From positions 192,001 to 256,000 of the forward strand of contig OY762926.1 in the NCBI GenBank assembly GCA_963666735.1: a DNA stretch of 64,000 nucleotides, read 5' to 3'. Source of the stretch: Gemmatimonadota bacterium (GTDB lineage Bacteria > Gemmatimonadota > Gemmatimonadetes > Palauibacterales > Palauibacteraceae). The notes beneath the pieces were generated by a model. That model searched no databases. It was given only the letters and a program-made list of their open reading frames with translations, and was not told the DNA's origin. The position numbers were made by a program, and so were the translations under genes. Below, piece by piece: positions 50,898-61,337 of this stretch. How positions within the stretch are numbered: the first letter of the stretch is position 1; each line of letters starts with the position of its first letter.

Positions 50898-52660
50898 GCG
50901 CCGCTCCGGCGGACGGCCGGTCCGGCATCCGCTACCAGCCCGACGAGAAGCCCGCGCCGACCCTGACCGTCGGCGTCGGGCTCCAGCTCGCGGTGCTCAA
51001 CATCGCGGCGATCGTGTTGATCCCGCTTGTCGTCATGCGGGCCGCGGGGGTCGGCGAGGAGTATCTCTCCTGGGCGGTGCTCGCGTCCGTCGCGGCTTGC
51101 GGCTTGGCGACGATGTTGCAGGCAGTCCGCGCGGGGCGCTTCGGCGCGGGACACGTCCTCCTGATGGGCACCTCCGGTGCCTTCATTCCGGCGAGCATCA
51201 TGGCGCTCGCCGAGGGTGGCCCGGCTCTCCTCGCCACCCTCGTTGTGGTCGCCGCGCTCATCCCACTCCTGCTCTCCTGGCGGCTGTCGCTCTTCCAGCG
51301 GATCCTGACCCCGGTCGTCTCCGGCACGGTGATCATGTTGATCCCGGTGACGGTGCTGCCTTTCGTGTCGGGACTCCTTGCCGGCGGACCTGAAAGCGGC
51401 GCGCCTCCCGGCGTCCCCCTCAGCTTCGGTGTCACGGCGCTCCTGATCGGATGCATCGCGCTGCGCGGGACGGGAGCGCTCCGCCTGTGGGCCCCGGTCA
51501 TCGGCGTGATCGCCGGTACCGCGATCGCCGGCTTTCACGGCCTCCATGACGTGGGGCTGGTAGCGGACGCGGCCTGGATCGCCCTTCCGCGCCCGCGCCC
51601 GCCGGGCTTCGATCTCGAATTCGGACCGGCCTTCTGGGCCCTCCTGCCCTCGTTCCTGCTCGTGTCGGTGATCGCGAGCATTCGCACGATGAGCAGCGCC
51701 GTCGCGATTCAGCGGGTGTCATGGCGGCGCGCGAGTCGCGCAACCGACTTCCGGTCCGTGCAGGGCGCGGTGGCCGTGGACGGCGTTGGCAACCTGCTTG
51801 CCGGCCTCGCCGGTACCGTGCCCGGTAGCGCCACTACGACGAGCGTGCCTCTCACGCAACTCACCGGCGTGGCGGCCCGAGGCGTGGGGTTGGCGGCGGG
51901 TGGCGCCTTCATCGCCTTCGCCTTCCTGCCCAAGGCGTTCGCGGTCGTGCTCGCGATCCCGGATCCGGTGTTCGCGGGTTACTTGGCCGTCCTGCTCGCG
52001 ATGCTGTTCGCGATCGGGCTCAAGATCGTCCTCCGGGGCGGACTCGATTATCGCAACGGCATCGTCGTCGGCTTCGCCTTCCTCACCGGCGTCAGCTTCC
52101 AGTACGGACTCATCCTCCCCGAGCAGGTGTCCGCTTTCGCCGGCGGTCTGCTGGCCAACGGGATGAACGCCGGCGGCTTCACCGCCATCGGCCTGACGCT
52201 CTTTCTGCGCCTGACCGAACCCCGCCGAGCGCGCATCGAAACGGAGTTCGGCCCATCGGCGCTGCCGCGGCTCCGGGAGTTTCTCGGGACCTTCGCCTCG
52301 AGATCCGGTCTGGACGGGGAGGTGGCGGATCGCCTGGGCGCCGCCGCCGAGGAGGCCGTCCTCTCGCTCACCGCACCGGACCCGTCCGGAGAGGGTCCCT
52401 CCCGGCGGCGACTCGTCATGGCCGCGCACCGCGACCAGGGGGAGGTGGCGCTCGAATTCGTGGTCGCCCCGCAGGGCGAGAACCTCCAGGATCGCCTCGC
52501 GCTGGTGAGCGCAGAGGTCGAGGAGACTTCCGCGGAGAGCGAAGTCTCGCTGCGTCTCCTGCGGCACATCGCTTCGTCGGTCCGCCATCGGCAGTACCAC
52601 GACACCGACATCGTCACCGTTCGGGTAGCCGTCTCCGCCGCCCCGGGCGGAGTCTCATAG
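50894..52660 (+). CDS. NCS2 (xanthine/uracil)-like permease with a C-terminal soluble domain; sup-associated
   Basis: YQPDEKP, GLQ, GAGH.L.MGTS.AF and PVVSGTVIML; start overlaps the PKS stop. Confidence 0.8.
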   Translation: MSAAPADGRSGIRYQPDEKPAPTLTVGVGLQLAVLNIAAIVLIPLVVMRAAGVGEEYLSWAVLASVAACGLATMLQAVRAGRFGAGHVLLMGTSGAFIPASIMALAEGGPALLATLVVVAALIPLLLSWRLSLFQRILTPVVSGTVIMLIPVTVLPFVSGLLAGGPESGAPPGVPLSFGVTALLIGCIALRGTGALRLWAPVIGVIAGTAIAGFHGLHDVGLVADAAWIALPRPRPPGFDLEFGPAFWALLPSFLLVSVIASIRTMSSAVAIQRVSWRRASRATDFRSVQGAVAVDGVGNLLAGLAGTVPGSATTTSVPLTQLTGVAARGVGLAAGGAFIAFAFLPKAFAVVLAIPDPVFAGYLAVLLAMLFAIGLKIVLRGGLDYRNGIVVGFAFLTGVSFQYGLILPEQVSAFAGGLLANGMNAGGFTAIGLTLFLRLTEPRRARIETEFGPSALPRLREFLGTFASRSGLDGEVADRLGAAAEEAVLSLTAPDPSGEGPSRRRLVMAAHRDQGEVALEFVVAPQGENLQDRLALVSAEVEETSAESEVSLRLLRHIASSVRHRQYHDTDIVTVRVAVSAAPGGVS

Positions 52661-52690
52661 CGATGGTCCCGTGAGGCGGGTCGCCGGGCC

Positions 52691-53605
52691 CTACAACAGG
52701 CCGCGGTCCTCGAGGAACTCGCACATCAACTCGACGCACTCCCCCGGTTGCTCCACCTGAAGAAAATGCGTGGTATCCGGTATGAAGTCGTAGTCGACCG
52801 TGTTGATGTGACTGAGGTTGAAGGACGGCATGTACGAGAACGTCAGCGTGGGATCCGACCCGATGACCTTGGTCGGACACGCAAGGTCCCCCAGATCCAC
52901 CATGAACGCGTAGGTGCGCGCGTAGGAGAAGATCTGCGCTTCGTATTCGCGGGGACACCGAAGCTCGACGCTCTTCCCGTCCGCCGATCCGCGCAACACG
53001 GTGCTGGCCATCAGGTCCGCCGCTCCGGGAACCGCCCGGGACAGCACCAGGTGGTGGAGGAGTTCCGAGAACTCGGACTCCTCGCGGAACCGGTCCGCGC
53101 GCCGCCGCGCGAGTTCCGCCGACCGGTCGGCCGACTTGTCGAACTCGGCCTCGCCCAGCCTCGGCTTGTAGAGAGGCGGATCGAAGAGGATCCAAGCGGC
53201 AAGATCGCCCACGCGACCCGCGCCGAGCGAGTCCGAGAGGAGTGCCGTCAGCGCCGAAAGGGAGTGGAAGACCCCGATCGTGGGCGTTCGGCCGCACCGG
53301 GCGGCGATGGCATCCACGACCTGTTCCTGGTCCCGGATCATGTTTGGGACATTATGTCCGCTGCGCGGGCCGGTGGCGTTCCACCCGTGATTTCTCAGGT
53401 CGTAGACGAACACATCGAAGTCGTCGAGCAACCGCGACCAGAACGGATAGTACAGGTCGACCGCGAGACCGTTGCCGTGGCCCACGAGCAAACGACGCCC
53501 ACGGTGGTTCCCGTGTCGCCGCACTCTGGTGACGCTGCCGTCATCGTGCCGGACGTCGTGCACCGAATGCGGTTCCGGAATCTTCCAAACAGCGCCGGAA
53601 GTCAT
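52691..53605 (-). CDS. Alpha/beta hydrolase, putative PKS thioesterase/transferase
   Basis: HGNG, YDLRNHG, nucleophile elbow FHSLS and THFLQ.E.P. Confidence 0.82.
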   Translation of the reverse strand: MTSGAVWKIPEPHSVHDVRHDDGSVTRVRRHGNHRGRRLLVGHGNGLAVDLYYPFWSRLLDDFDVFVYDLRNHGWNATGPRSGHNVPNMIRDQEQVVDAIAARCGRTPTIGVFHSLSALTALLSDSLGAGRVGDLAAWILFDPPLYKPRLGEAEFDKSADRSAELARRRADRFREESEFSELLHHLVLSRAVPGAADLMASTVLRGSADGKSVELRCPREYEAQIFSYARTYAFMVDLGDLACPTKVIGSDPTLTFSYMPSFNLSHINTVDYDFIPDTTHFLQVEQPGECVELMCEFLEDRGLL

Positions 53606-53664
53606 GTCACGCCGCGTCCCCCCGAGCCGTCAAGCCCGGGGGGGTCGAAGTCGGTGAGGTGCGT

Positions 53665-53883
53665 TCAGCCGGCTTGGGAGTCGATGTACGCGGCCAGCTT
53701 GCGAAGCGTGTCGAAGCACTCGGGGGGGATCGAAATGCCGAACTCCCTCTCGACGACCTTCTTGAACGCGACGGCGTCGAGGGACGAAACGCCCGAATCC
53801 GCGAGCCCGCCATCCCACTGGAGTTCGCGGTCGAGATCGAGGTTTTCCTTGACAAGTTCCCCAAGGCGAGCTGTACACGACAT
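53665..53883 (-). CDS. Free-standing acyl carrier protein
   Basis: 72 aa, acidic; LADSGVSSLD..F...VEREFGISI..TLRKLAAYI; GGAAGG Shine-Dalgarno. Confidence 0.82.
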   Translation of the reverse strand: MSCTARLGELVKENLDLDRELQWDGGLADSGVSSLDAVAFKKVVEREFGISIPPECFDTLRKLAAYIDSQAG

Positions 53884-54031
53884 GGTGTTGACCTTCCGTT
53901 GAGTGAGCGATCCGATCTTCCAATCGACAACGGGCGTAGAGTCCCTTTACGCCCGCACGGGATATGCCAGCTTGCGATCTGACCCGTCAACCCATGACCA
54001 CGACGCCGGCACGCCCGGAATCAGGTGCAGA

Positions 54032-54047
54032 CGTTGCCGCGGCAACG
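54032..54047. promoter_or_regulatory. 16-bp palindrome CGTTGCCGCGGCAACG (copy 2, variant)
   Basis: Perfect intergenic palindrome; differs from copies 1 and 3 by a symmetric C/G swap. Confidence 0.5.
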
Positions 54048-54061
54048 CCACGGCCTGCTAG

Positions 54062-54437
54062 GAGCTTGCGCGGTAGAACGGTCGCGAAGGGCGGCGGATC
54101 CCGGGAAGCGCGGCCGCCCGGAGGCTGAGGGGCGCCGGTTGTCGGCGGGAGCCGCCGTCGCGCGGGCGAAGCCGCCGCGCCGGCGCCGTTTCCGGGTGGA
54201 TCCGGCCGCGTTTCGGGCCCCGGAGGCCCTCCGGCGCGAAGATTTCGCCCCTCACGCGGCCCGAAGGACGTGGAGGCGCCGCGCGTTGAGCGCCAGACAC
54301 ACCAGATCCCACTCGCCGCGCACGTTCTCCAAGCCCCTCATCGCCAACTCCCCGCGCCGAACTTGAACCCGTCACAGCACGCCATCACCATAACCACCCG
54401 AAACGCGCCGCACCATCGGTTTCTACGGCGCAGGCTC
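54062..54437 (-). mobile_element. Non-autonomous 376-bp deletion derivative (MITE-like) of the IS1182
   Basis: Matches IS 32441-32541 joined to 33811-34085; has its own CTAG duplication (54058-54061, 54438-54441). Confidence 0.93.
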
Positions 54438-54443
54438 CTAGCG

Positions 54444-55352
54444 CTAGCGATCAAGGATCAGGTCGAAGGCGCCGAGGGGAGCGACGAACCGGTCCGCCAG
54501 CGCGTCGGCGAGCGCCGCTGGGGTGAAGTCGTGCTCCGAACGGGCCTCGGCCGCGATGCGCGGGACCTCCAGGACGCGGACTCGCCGCCCGGACACATGG
54601 AAGATCTGGTCACGGGCCGGGCAGTCGGCCTCCGCGAGCCACGCCGCGAGGACGGCGACGTGCCCGGGCCCGAAGGGGTCGTAGCCGGTCTCGTCCGGTG
54701 CGCCCAGTTGATCGGCGCCGGTCATGTCGGCGACCATGCGGGTCCGCGCCGAGGGAGAGATCACGTTCGAGCGGACGCCGTAGGGAGCTCCCTCGATGGA
54801 CAGCACCTTCGAGAGGCCGACGATGCCCATCTTCGCGGCCCCGTAGTTCGCCTGCCCGAAGTTGCCGCACAGGCCGGAGGAAGAGGTCGTGTGGATGACG
54901 GAGGCGGCGCGGGGGCGGCCGGCCTTCGCCTCGGTGCGCCACCAGGCGAGCGAGTGGCGGCTGGGAGCCGCGTGGCCCTTGAGGTGGACGGCCACGACCG
55001 CATCCCACTCGCCCTCGGACATGTTGAAGAAGGCGCGGTCGCGGAGGATGCCGGCGTTGTTCACGAGGATGTCGAGCCCGCCGAAAGCGTCGACCGCGTG
55101 CGCGATCAGCTGCCCGGCTTCGTTCCAGTTCGAGACGTCGTGTCCGCTCGGGACGGCTTGGCCGCCGCCGGCCCGGATCTCGGCGCAGACGGATTCGGCC
55201 GGCCCGCCATCGGCGCCGTCGCCGTGAACGCCCGTGCCGAGGTCGTTGACGACGACGCTCGCCCCGCCGGCCGCCAGAGCGAGCGCGTGGGCCCGGCCAA
55301 TCCCGCGCCCGGCGCCCGTCACTATCGCGACGCGTCCGGCGAGGCGGCTCAC
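54444..55352 (-). CDS. SDR oxidoreductase
   Basis: TGAGRGIG, NNAGILRD and YGAAK. Confidence 0.92.
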   Translation of the reverse strand: MSRLAGRVAIVTGAGRGIGRAHALALAAGGASVVVNDLGTGVHGDGADGGPAESVCAEIRAGGGQAVPSGHDVSNWNEAGQLIAHAVDAFGGLDILVNNAGILRDRAFFNMSEGEWDAVVAVHLKGHAAPSRHSLAWWRTEAKAGRPRAASVIHTTSSSGLCGNFGQANYGAAKMGIVGLSKVLSIEGAPYGVRSNVISPSARTRMVADMTGADQLGAPDETGYDPFGPGHVAVLAAWLAEADCPARDQIFHVSGRRVRVLEVPRIAAEARSEHDFTPAALADALADRFVAPLGAFDLILDR

Positions 55353-55377
55353 GCCCGGACGCCCCCCGTCGGCTGGG

Positions 55378-56733
55378 TCAGCCGTCGATCCGCCGGCAGG
55401 CGGCCGCGAGGCGGCGGATGCCCTCCTCCATTTCGTCTTCCGCGATGAGGAGCGACGGTCCGATCCGGATCACGTGCCCGTTCAGCCCGCCACGCCCGAT
55501 GAGCAGGCGCTCCTTGCGCGCCGCCTCGAGCAGCGCCCCGGCCCGCCCGCCGTCCGGCGCTCTCCCGTCGCGGTCCTCGACCATCTCGACGCCCTGCATC
55601 AGACCCATGCCGCGCACCTCGCCGATCCAGTCGTGCGCGCGCCGCAGTTCTTCGAGCCCGGCGCGAAGCTGCGCGCCCCGCTCGGCGGCGCGGGCCGGCA
55701 CGTTCTCGCCCTTCATCACGCCCAGCGTGGCCCCCATCGCCGCCATCGAGATCGAGTTGCCTCCGTACGTGGAGATCGACGGCCCCTGCCAGGCCTCGGC
55801 GATCTCCGGCCGCGTGACGGTCGCCCCCACGGGGAATCCGTTCGCAATCCCCTTGGCCATCACCATGATGTCCGGCTCGACGCCCCAGTGTTCGATCCCG
55901 AACCAGCGGTCCCCCGTCCGTCCGAATCCCGCTTGGACCTCGTCGATGATGAACAGCCCGCCGTAACTCCGGATCACCTCCGCCGCGCGCCGGAAGTAGT
56001 CCGGGGGCGGCACGATGACGCCGGCCACGCCCTGGATCGTCTCCGCGAAGAAGGCGGCCGGCTTCCCGCCCGTCGTCGTCTCGATGACTTCCACGAGGTC
56101 GTCGATGAAGAAGTCCGTCGCCTCGGGACCCGCGCCGACTGGAGAGCGGTAGAGGTACGGCGACCGGGCGTGGACGATCCCGTCGACGCCCCCACCGGGC
56201 AGACGCCAGGCGCCCTGCGCCGTCATGTGGCTCGTGAGCGTGCTCCTGCCGGAATAGGAGAGTCGCAGCGCCACGATCTCGTGCCGCCCGGTGTACAGGC
56301 GCGCCGTCGCCACCGCGGATTCCACCGCCTCCGTGCCGCTATTCGTGAAGCAGGTCGTGCGGAGGGCGCCGGGCGTGATCTCCGCCAGGGAGCGTGCGGC
56401 CTCGATCTGGCCTTCCGTCACGTAGAGGGCCGAAGTGTGCCCGAGCCGCTCCATCTGAGTGCGCGCCGCCTCGACGACCGCCGGGTTGCAGTGGCCGACC
56501 GAGGTCGTGAGGATGCCCGCGAACAGATCCAGATACTCCTCGCCGTCGACATCACTGAGCCAGACGCCCTCGCCCCGGGCGAGCGCGAGAGGCTCGTCGT
56601 AGTAGGGGCGGACCCAGGGATAGAGGTAGCCGCTCTGAGCCGCGGTCAGCGTCCGCGTGCGGGATGCCGCCGCCGGCGCGGCACCCGCGGCGCCGGCCGA
56701 GGATGTGTGCGGGGCGGTCTGTACGTTGCTCAC
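55378..56733 (-). CDS. Class III PLP aminotransferase
   Basis: NSGTEA, DEVQAGFGRTG, MAKGIANG and STYGGN. Confidence 0.92.
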   Translation of the reverse strand: MSNVQTAPHTSSAGAAGAAPAAASRTRTLTAAQSGYLYPWVRPYYDEPLALARGEGVWLSDVDGEEYLDLFAGILTTSVGHCNPAVVEAARTQMERLGHTSALYVTEGQIEAARSLAEITPGALRTTCFTNSGTEAVESAVATARLYTGRHEIVALRLSYSGRSTLTSHMTAQGAWRLPGGGVDGIVHARSPYLYRSPVGAGPEATDFFIDDLVEVIETTTGGKPAAFFAETIQGVAGVIVPPPDYFRRAAEVIRSYGGLFIIDEVQAGFGRTGDRWFGIEHWGVEPDIMVMAKGIANGFPVGATVTRPEIAEAWQGPSISTYGGNSISMAAMGATLGVMKGENVPARAAERGAQLRAGLEELRRAHDWIGEVRGMGLMQGVEMVEDRDGRAPDGGRAGALLEAARKERLLIGRGGLNGHVIRIGPSLLIAEDEMEEGIRRLAAACRRIDG

Positions 56734-56755
56734 GAGTGTCTCCTGATTCCAGGCG

Positions 56756-57613
56756 TCAGTCCCAGCGGTAGAAGCCGCGTCCGCTCTTCCGGCCGAGGCG
56801 GCCCGCCGCCACCATCCGCTCGAGCAGGGCGGGGGGTTCGAACACCGGCGACCCCAGCGCCTCGTGCAGGTAGCGGGCGATGTCGAGCCGGACGTCGAGT
56901 CCGACGAGATCTCCCAGTTTCAACGGTCCCATGGGGTGGCGATAGCCGAGCATCATCGCGGTGTCGATGTCCTCGGGGCTCGCGACGCCTTCCTCCACCA
57001 TGCGGATCGCCTCCAGCCCGAGGGCAAGTCCGAGCCGCGAGGAGGCGAACCCGGGCGAATCCGCGATGACGATCGGCGTCTTGCCCAGCCGTTCAGCGAC
57101 CTCGCGGGCCTTCGCCACGGTTTCGTCGGACGTCTCCGCCCCGCGCACGATCTCGACGAGCGCCATGATGTGGACGGGGTTGAAGAAGTGCATCCCGATC
57201 ACCCGGTCGCGCGCCGGAAGCCCCTCCGCGAGCGCGGTGATGGACAGGGAAGAGGTGTTGGTGGCGAGCAGGGCGCGGTCGGCGGCCGCTTCTCCGCACC
57301 TTGCGAGGATCTTCTGCTTGAGATCGAGCTTCTCGGGCACGGCTTCGATCGCGATCCCGACGCCGTCGGCCGCCTCGCCCAGGTACCGGCTGTAGGACAA
57401 CCCGTCGAGCGCACGGTCGCGCTCTTCGGACGTGACCTTCCCGCGCTGGATCCCCTTGCGGAGGTTGGTTTCGATGCGCTCGCGCGCCGTGTCCAGCGCC
57501 TCGGGCATGGCGTCGAAGAGCCGGGTGTCGTAGCCGGCCATCGCCGCGACCTGGGCGATCCCGTGTCCCATCGTGCCGGCTCCGAGCACGGCCAGAGGAG
57601 GACGAGCCGTCAT
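56756..57613 (-). CDS. 3-hydroxyacyl-CoA dehydrogenase
   Basis: GAGTMGHGIA, EAVPE, NTSS, GMHFFNP and HPMGP. Confidence 0.92.
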   Translation of the reverse strand: MTARPPLAVLGAGTMGHGIAQVAAMAGYDTRLFDAMPEALDTARERIETNLRKGIQRGKVTSEERDRALDGLSYSRYLGEAADGVGIAIEAVPEKLDLKQKILARCGEAAADRALLATNTSSLSITALAEGLPARDRVIGMHFFNPVHIMALVEIVRGAETSDETVAKAREVAERLGKTPIVIADSPGFASSRLGLALGLEAIRMVEEGVASPEDIDTAMMLGYRHPMGPLKLGDLVGLDVRLDIARYLHEALGSPVFEPPALLERMVAAGRLGRKSGRGFYRWD

Positions 57614-58128
57614 TTGAGCCAGTCCTCCGGGTTCATCTCCGGTTCGGGGCGGAGCGAGTACCGGCGCACGACTTCGATGGCCTCGAAACCGAGGTCGTCG
57701 GCGAGCGCGTTCGCGATCAGGTTGTCCGCCCCGGTGAAGAGACGCACCTCGTGGATGTCCCAGTCCGCCGCCCACTCGAAGGCGGCGCGCAGCAGGCGGC
57801 GCAGGTTCCCCTTGCGCCGCTCTTCCCGCCTCACGAACGGCGTCTGGATGCGCACGTAGCGCGGCGGGTCGAACAAGGGTTCGTTCTCCTCCACGAAGCA
57901 GACGAGCATGCCGTCGAGGCCGCCGTCATCCGCCTCCAGCACGAAGACGACGCTCGTCGCCTCTTCGATGTGACGGCGGAACATCCCCGCGCGCGTCTCG
58001 ATGGCGTCCGTGCGGAGCCGCCGGTAGGCGGGGTTGAGGGCGTGAATCCGCATGTACCGCGTCCACATCGCGACGAGTCCATCGATATCGCCGACGTCGG
58101 CCTGTCGAACCGTGACTGTCTCAGGCAT
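57610..58128 (-). CDS. GNAT-family acetyltransferase
   Basis: FVR...RRKG..RRLL and N......LGF motifs; overlaps both neighbours. Confidence 0.75.
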   Translation of the reverse strand: MPETVTVRQADVGDIDGLVAMWTRYMRIHALNPAYRRLRTDAIETRAGMFRRHIEEATSVVFVLEADDGGLDGMLVCFVEENEPLFDPPRYVRIQTPFVRREERRKGNLRRLLRAAFEWAADWDIHEVRLFTGADNLIANALADDLGFEAIEVVRRYSLRPEPEMNPEDWLK

Positions 58129-58978
58129 GGGGACCCGCCTCCGTCGCTGCCGGGTTTTCGGTTTCGCCGCGCCTCCCGAACCGGGGCCGGCGCTTCTCGA
58201 CGAACGCCCGGACGCCTTCGAGGGCGTCGGCGGACTCGAAGCAGGCCTTCTGCGCCGCCTTCTCGTAGTCGAGCATCTCCTCGAAACTGGAGGAGAGGGA
58301 GCGCTGCACCGCTTCCTTCGCGAGCCGGAGGGGCAGCGTCGGCTTGCGCGCCAGCGTGCGCGCCCAGTCGCGGGCGAGCGGCATGAGTTCGTTCGCGGCG
58401 ACCACGCGGTTCACGAGGCCGATCCGCTCGCACTCGGCGGCCGGAATCATCTCCGCGAAGAAGAAAAGCTCCGCGGCGCGCGCCGGACCCACGAGGCGGG
58501 GCACGGCGTAGGTCCCGCCCCAGTCCGGATGGAGGCCGATGCGGTTGAAGGTCTGGCCGATGGACGCCGTGTCGGAGGCGAGCCGGAGGTCGCAGGCGAG
58601 GGCGAGGTTCGCGCCGCCTCCCGCCGCCGCCCCGTTGATCGCGGCGATCACCGGTTTGGGCATCCCCCGGATGGCTCCCGCGACCCGGCGCCCCGCTTCG
58701 ACCAGCGCAACGGCCTCCTCGATGGCCTGCGTTTCGATGAGGCGGGTGAGGTAGTTGACGTCCGCGCCGGCGCAGAACGCGCGCCCGGTTCCGGTGACGA
58801 TGACGGCGCGCACCCCGTCGTCCGCGCCGAGCGCTTCGATCCCGCGCGCGATCTCGCTCCGCATCTCCCCGATGAAGGCGTTGAGCTTTTCCGGCCGATT
58901 GAGCGTGAGCGTGCCCACGCCGTTCTCGATTTCGATCAGGACGTGGGCCTCGCTCCTGCCCGAACCTGTCCGCCTCAT
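58121..58978 (-). CDS. Enoyl-CoA hydratase/isomerase (PaaG-like)
   Basis: [29 protein letters not shown] and IGLHPDWGG. Confidence 0.9.
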   Translation of the reverse strand: MRRTGSGRSEAHVLIEIENGVGTLTLNRPEKLNAFIGEMRSEIARGIEALGADDGVRAVIVTGTGRAFCAGADVNYLTRLIETQAIEEAVALVEAGRRVAGAIRGMPKPVIAAINGAAAGGGANLALACDLRLASDTASIGQTFNRIGLHPDWGGTYAVPRLVGPARAAELFFFAEMIPAAECERIGLVNRVVAANELMPLARDWARTLARKPTLPLRLAKEAVQRSLSSSFEEMLDYEKAAQKACFESADALEGVRAFVEKRRPRFGRRGETENPAATEAGPHA

Positions 58979-60195
58979 GCCGCCTCCGCGCCCCGGTGCA
59001 CGAGCAGCGCAATCCCCTGGCCGACGCCGATGCACATCGTGACGAGCCCATGGGACGCGTCACGCCGCCGCATCTCGTGGACGAGCGTCGTGAGGAGCTT
59101 GGCGCCGGTGCAACCGAGGGGATGGCCGAGCGCGATCGCGCCGCCGTTCACGTTCACGCGGTCCGGATCGAGGCCAAGCTCGGCGATGCAGGGCAGCGCC
59201 TGCGCCGCGAACGCCTCGTTGAGTTCAATCAGGTCGAGGTCATTGATCGTAAGTCCCTCTCTTCGAAGGGCTTTACGGGTGGCGGGCACAGGTCCGATGC
59301 CCATCCGCTGCGGCTCCACGCCGGCGACTGCGGAGGCTCCCACGGTCGCCAGAGGCTCGAGGCCAAGCTCGTCCGCGACGGCCTGGCTCGCGATGAGGAC
59401 GGCCGCCGCCCCGTCGTTGATGCCGGAGGCGTTCCCCGCCGTCACCGTGCCGCCGGCCCGGAAGGCGGCGCGCAGGCGGGCGAGTTGCCCGGCCGTCGTC
59501 CCCGGCCTCGGGTGCTCATCTCCCTCCACGCACACCGGGTCGCCCTTCCGCCGGGGAACCTCGAAGGGAACGATCTCGCCGGCGAAACGGCCCGCCTCGA
59601 TGGCGGCGGCGGCGCGACGCTGGCTCTCCACCGCGAAGGCGTCCTGCTCCGCTCGCCCGACGCCGTGGTCTTCCGCCACTACTTCGGCGGTCTCGGCGAG
59701 CGGGATCGTCCACGGCTCGGGCATGGCCGGGTTGGCGAAGCGCCAGCCGACCGTCGTGTCCGCGACCCGCGGCGGGACGCGCGAGAAGGCCCGGTCCGTC
59801 TTGAGCATGACCCACGGCGCCCGGGACATGCTCTCGACTCCGCCCGCGATGAAGGCGTCGCCTTCGCCGGCCCGGATCGCGTGCGCCGCCGTGACGACCG
59901 CCTGCAGCCCCGATCCGCACAGCCGGTTCACCGTCTGGCCCGCGACCTCGACGGGGAGCCCGGCCAGCAGTCCGGCCATCCGGGCCACGTTGCGGTTGTC
60001 CTCGCCCGCCTGGTTCGTGCATCCCGCGATCACGTCCTCGACGCGGCCGGGCGGCACCCCGGTCCGCTCGACGAGGGCGCGGATCGCGTGCGCCAGGAGG
60101 TCGTCGGCCCGGATCGACGAGAGCGCGCCGCCCGCGCGTCCCACCGGCGTCCGGACGGCGTCGATGATCACCGGGGTGCGATCCGCCCCGCTCAC
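58975..60195 (-). CDS. Thiolase (PcaF/PaaJ-like)
   Basis: NRLCGSG, NEAFA, GHPLG and CIGVGQG. Confidence 0.93.
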   Translation of the reverse strand: MSGADRTPVIIDAVRTPVGRAGGALSSIRADDLLAHAIRALVERTGVPPGRVEDVIAGCTNQAGEDNRNVARMAGLLAGLPVEVAGQTVNRLCGSGLQAVVTAAHAIRAGEGDAFIAGGVESMSRAPWVMLKTDRAFSRVPPRVADTTVGWRFANPAMPEPWTIPLAETAEVVAEDHGVGRAEQDAFAVESQRRAAAAIEAGRFAGEIVPFEVPRRKGDPVCVEGDEHPRPGTTAGQLARLRAAFRAGGTVTAGNASGINDGAAAVLIASQAVADELGLEPLATVGASAVAGVEPQRMGIGPVPATRKALRREGLTINDLDLIELNEAFAAQALPCIAELGLDPDRVNVNGGAIALGHPLGCTGAKLLTTLVHEMRRRDASHGLVTMCIGVGQGIALLVHRGAEAA

Positions 60196-60241
60196 TGCGT
60201 CTCTCCCCGTGCCCGTCGTCTCGGCCCGATCCGCCCGCGTC

Positions 60242-61048
60242 CTAGCGGCCGGCGAACTCGGGCGCCCGCCGCTCGACGTAGGCCGCGAGACCCTCGCGCG
60301 CGTCGTCGCCCTGGAAGAGGAGCTGCTGCAGTTCGCGCTCGATCGCGAGACCCTCGGAGAAGGGCACCTCGACCCCGCTGCACACCGACCGCTTGATGCG
60401 CCCCACGGCGCGCGACGCCTTGCGAGGCGGTGTGAACTGACGCGCGTACTCCATCACCTGGGCGTGGAACTCCGCGTCATCTCCCTCGAACACCTTGTTC
60501 ACGAGCCCCAGTCCGAGCGCCTCCTTGAAGCCGAACGTGCGGCCCTCCGCCATCAACTCGATCGCCTTCGGCTTGCCGAGCAACCGGCCGAGCCGCTGCG
60601 TCCCGCCCGTCCCGGGCAGGACGCCGAGGTTCACCTCCGGCAGTCCGATCTTCCCCGCGTCCTTTCGGGCGATCCGGATGTCGCAGGCGAGCGCGATCTC
60701 GAGTCCGCCGCCGACCGTGTGTCCGTTGAGGGCGCCGATCACGAGCTTCGGCGTCTGCTCGAGCCGCGTCAGCGTCTCGTTCGCGTGGAGACAGAAGAAG
60801 TACTTGAAGTAGGGGTCCGAGGTCTGGAGCATCTTGATGTTCGCCCCGGCGGAGAAGAACCTGTCTCCCTCGCCCCGGATGACGATGACGTGGACGTTCT
60901 CGTCGAAACGCGCGCGCAGGATCGCGTCGTCCAGGTCTCGCATCATCTCGTAGGTGTACGTGTTCGCGGGCGGGTCGTCGATCGTGAAGACCGCGACGCC
61001 GTCCTCGGCCGCATATCGAATCAGCGTGTCAGGTCGTGTATCAGCCAT
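60242..61048 (-). CDS. Enoyl-CoA hydratase/isomerase
   Basis: FSAGAN, GGGLE and PEVNLG..PG.GGTQRL. Confidence 0.9.
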   Translation of the reverse strand: MADTRPDTLIRYAAEDGVAVFTIDDPPANTYTYEMMRDLDDAILRARFDENVHVIVIRGEGDRFFSAGANIKMLQTSDPYFKYFFCLHANETLTRLEQTPKLVIGALNGHTVGGGLEIALACDIRIARKDAGKIGLPEVNLGVLPGTGGTQRLGRLLGKPKAIELMAEGRTFGFKEALGLGLVNKVFEGDDAEFHAQVMEYARQFTPPRKASRAVGRIKRSVCSGVEVPFSEGLAIERELQQLLFQGDDAREGLAAYVERRAPEFAGR

Positions 61049-61337
61049 GGGAGTCCTTCCTCTTGAGAACCGCTCGAAAGATGATGTGCGAGAGGCCGCC
61101 GCGCCGGGGCTTTCCCCAGCCTCCGGCGGACGGTCAAACTATCCCGGCCGCCGCGCGGCGTACAGTGAGTTATCGCCGGGTTGTCCCGCGTCGCGCGGGC
61201 GCGATTCGGAGCGCAACGCGGAGTTGGCCCGGGGTGTCGTGACCAGAGTGTTCTCGCGACGACGGGAGGGCGACGGGGAGGAGAGGAGTCCGGCTTGGAG
61301 CACAGGATGAAGACCTTGCCCGCATGCTGAGGCCCGC

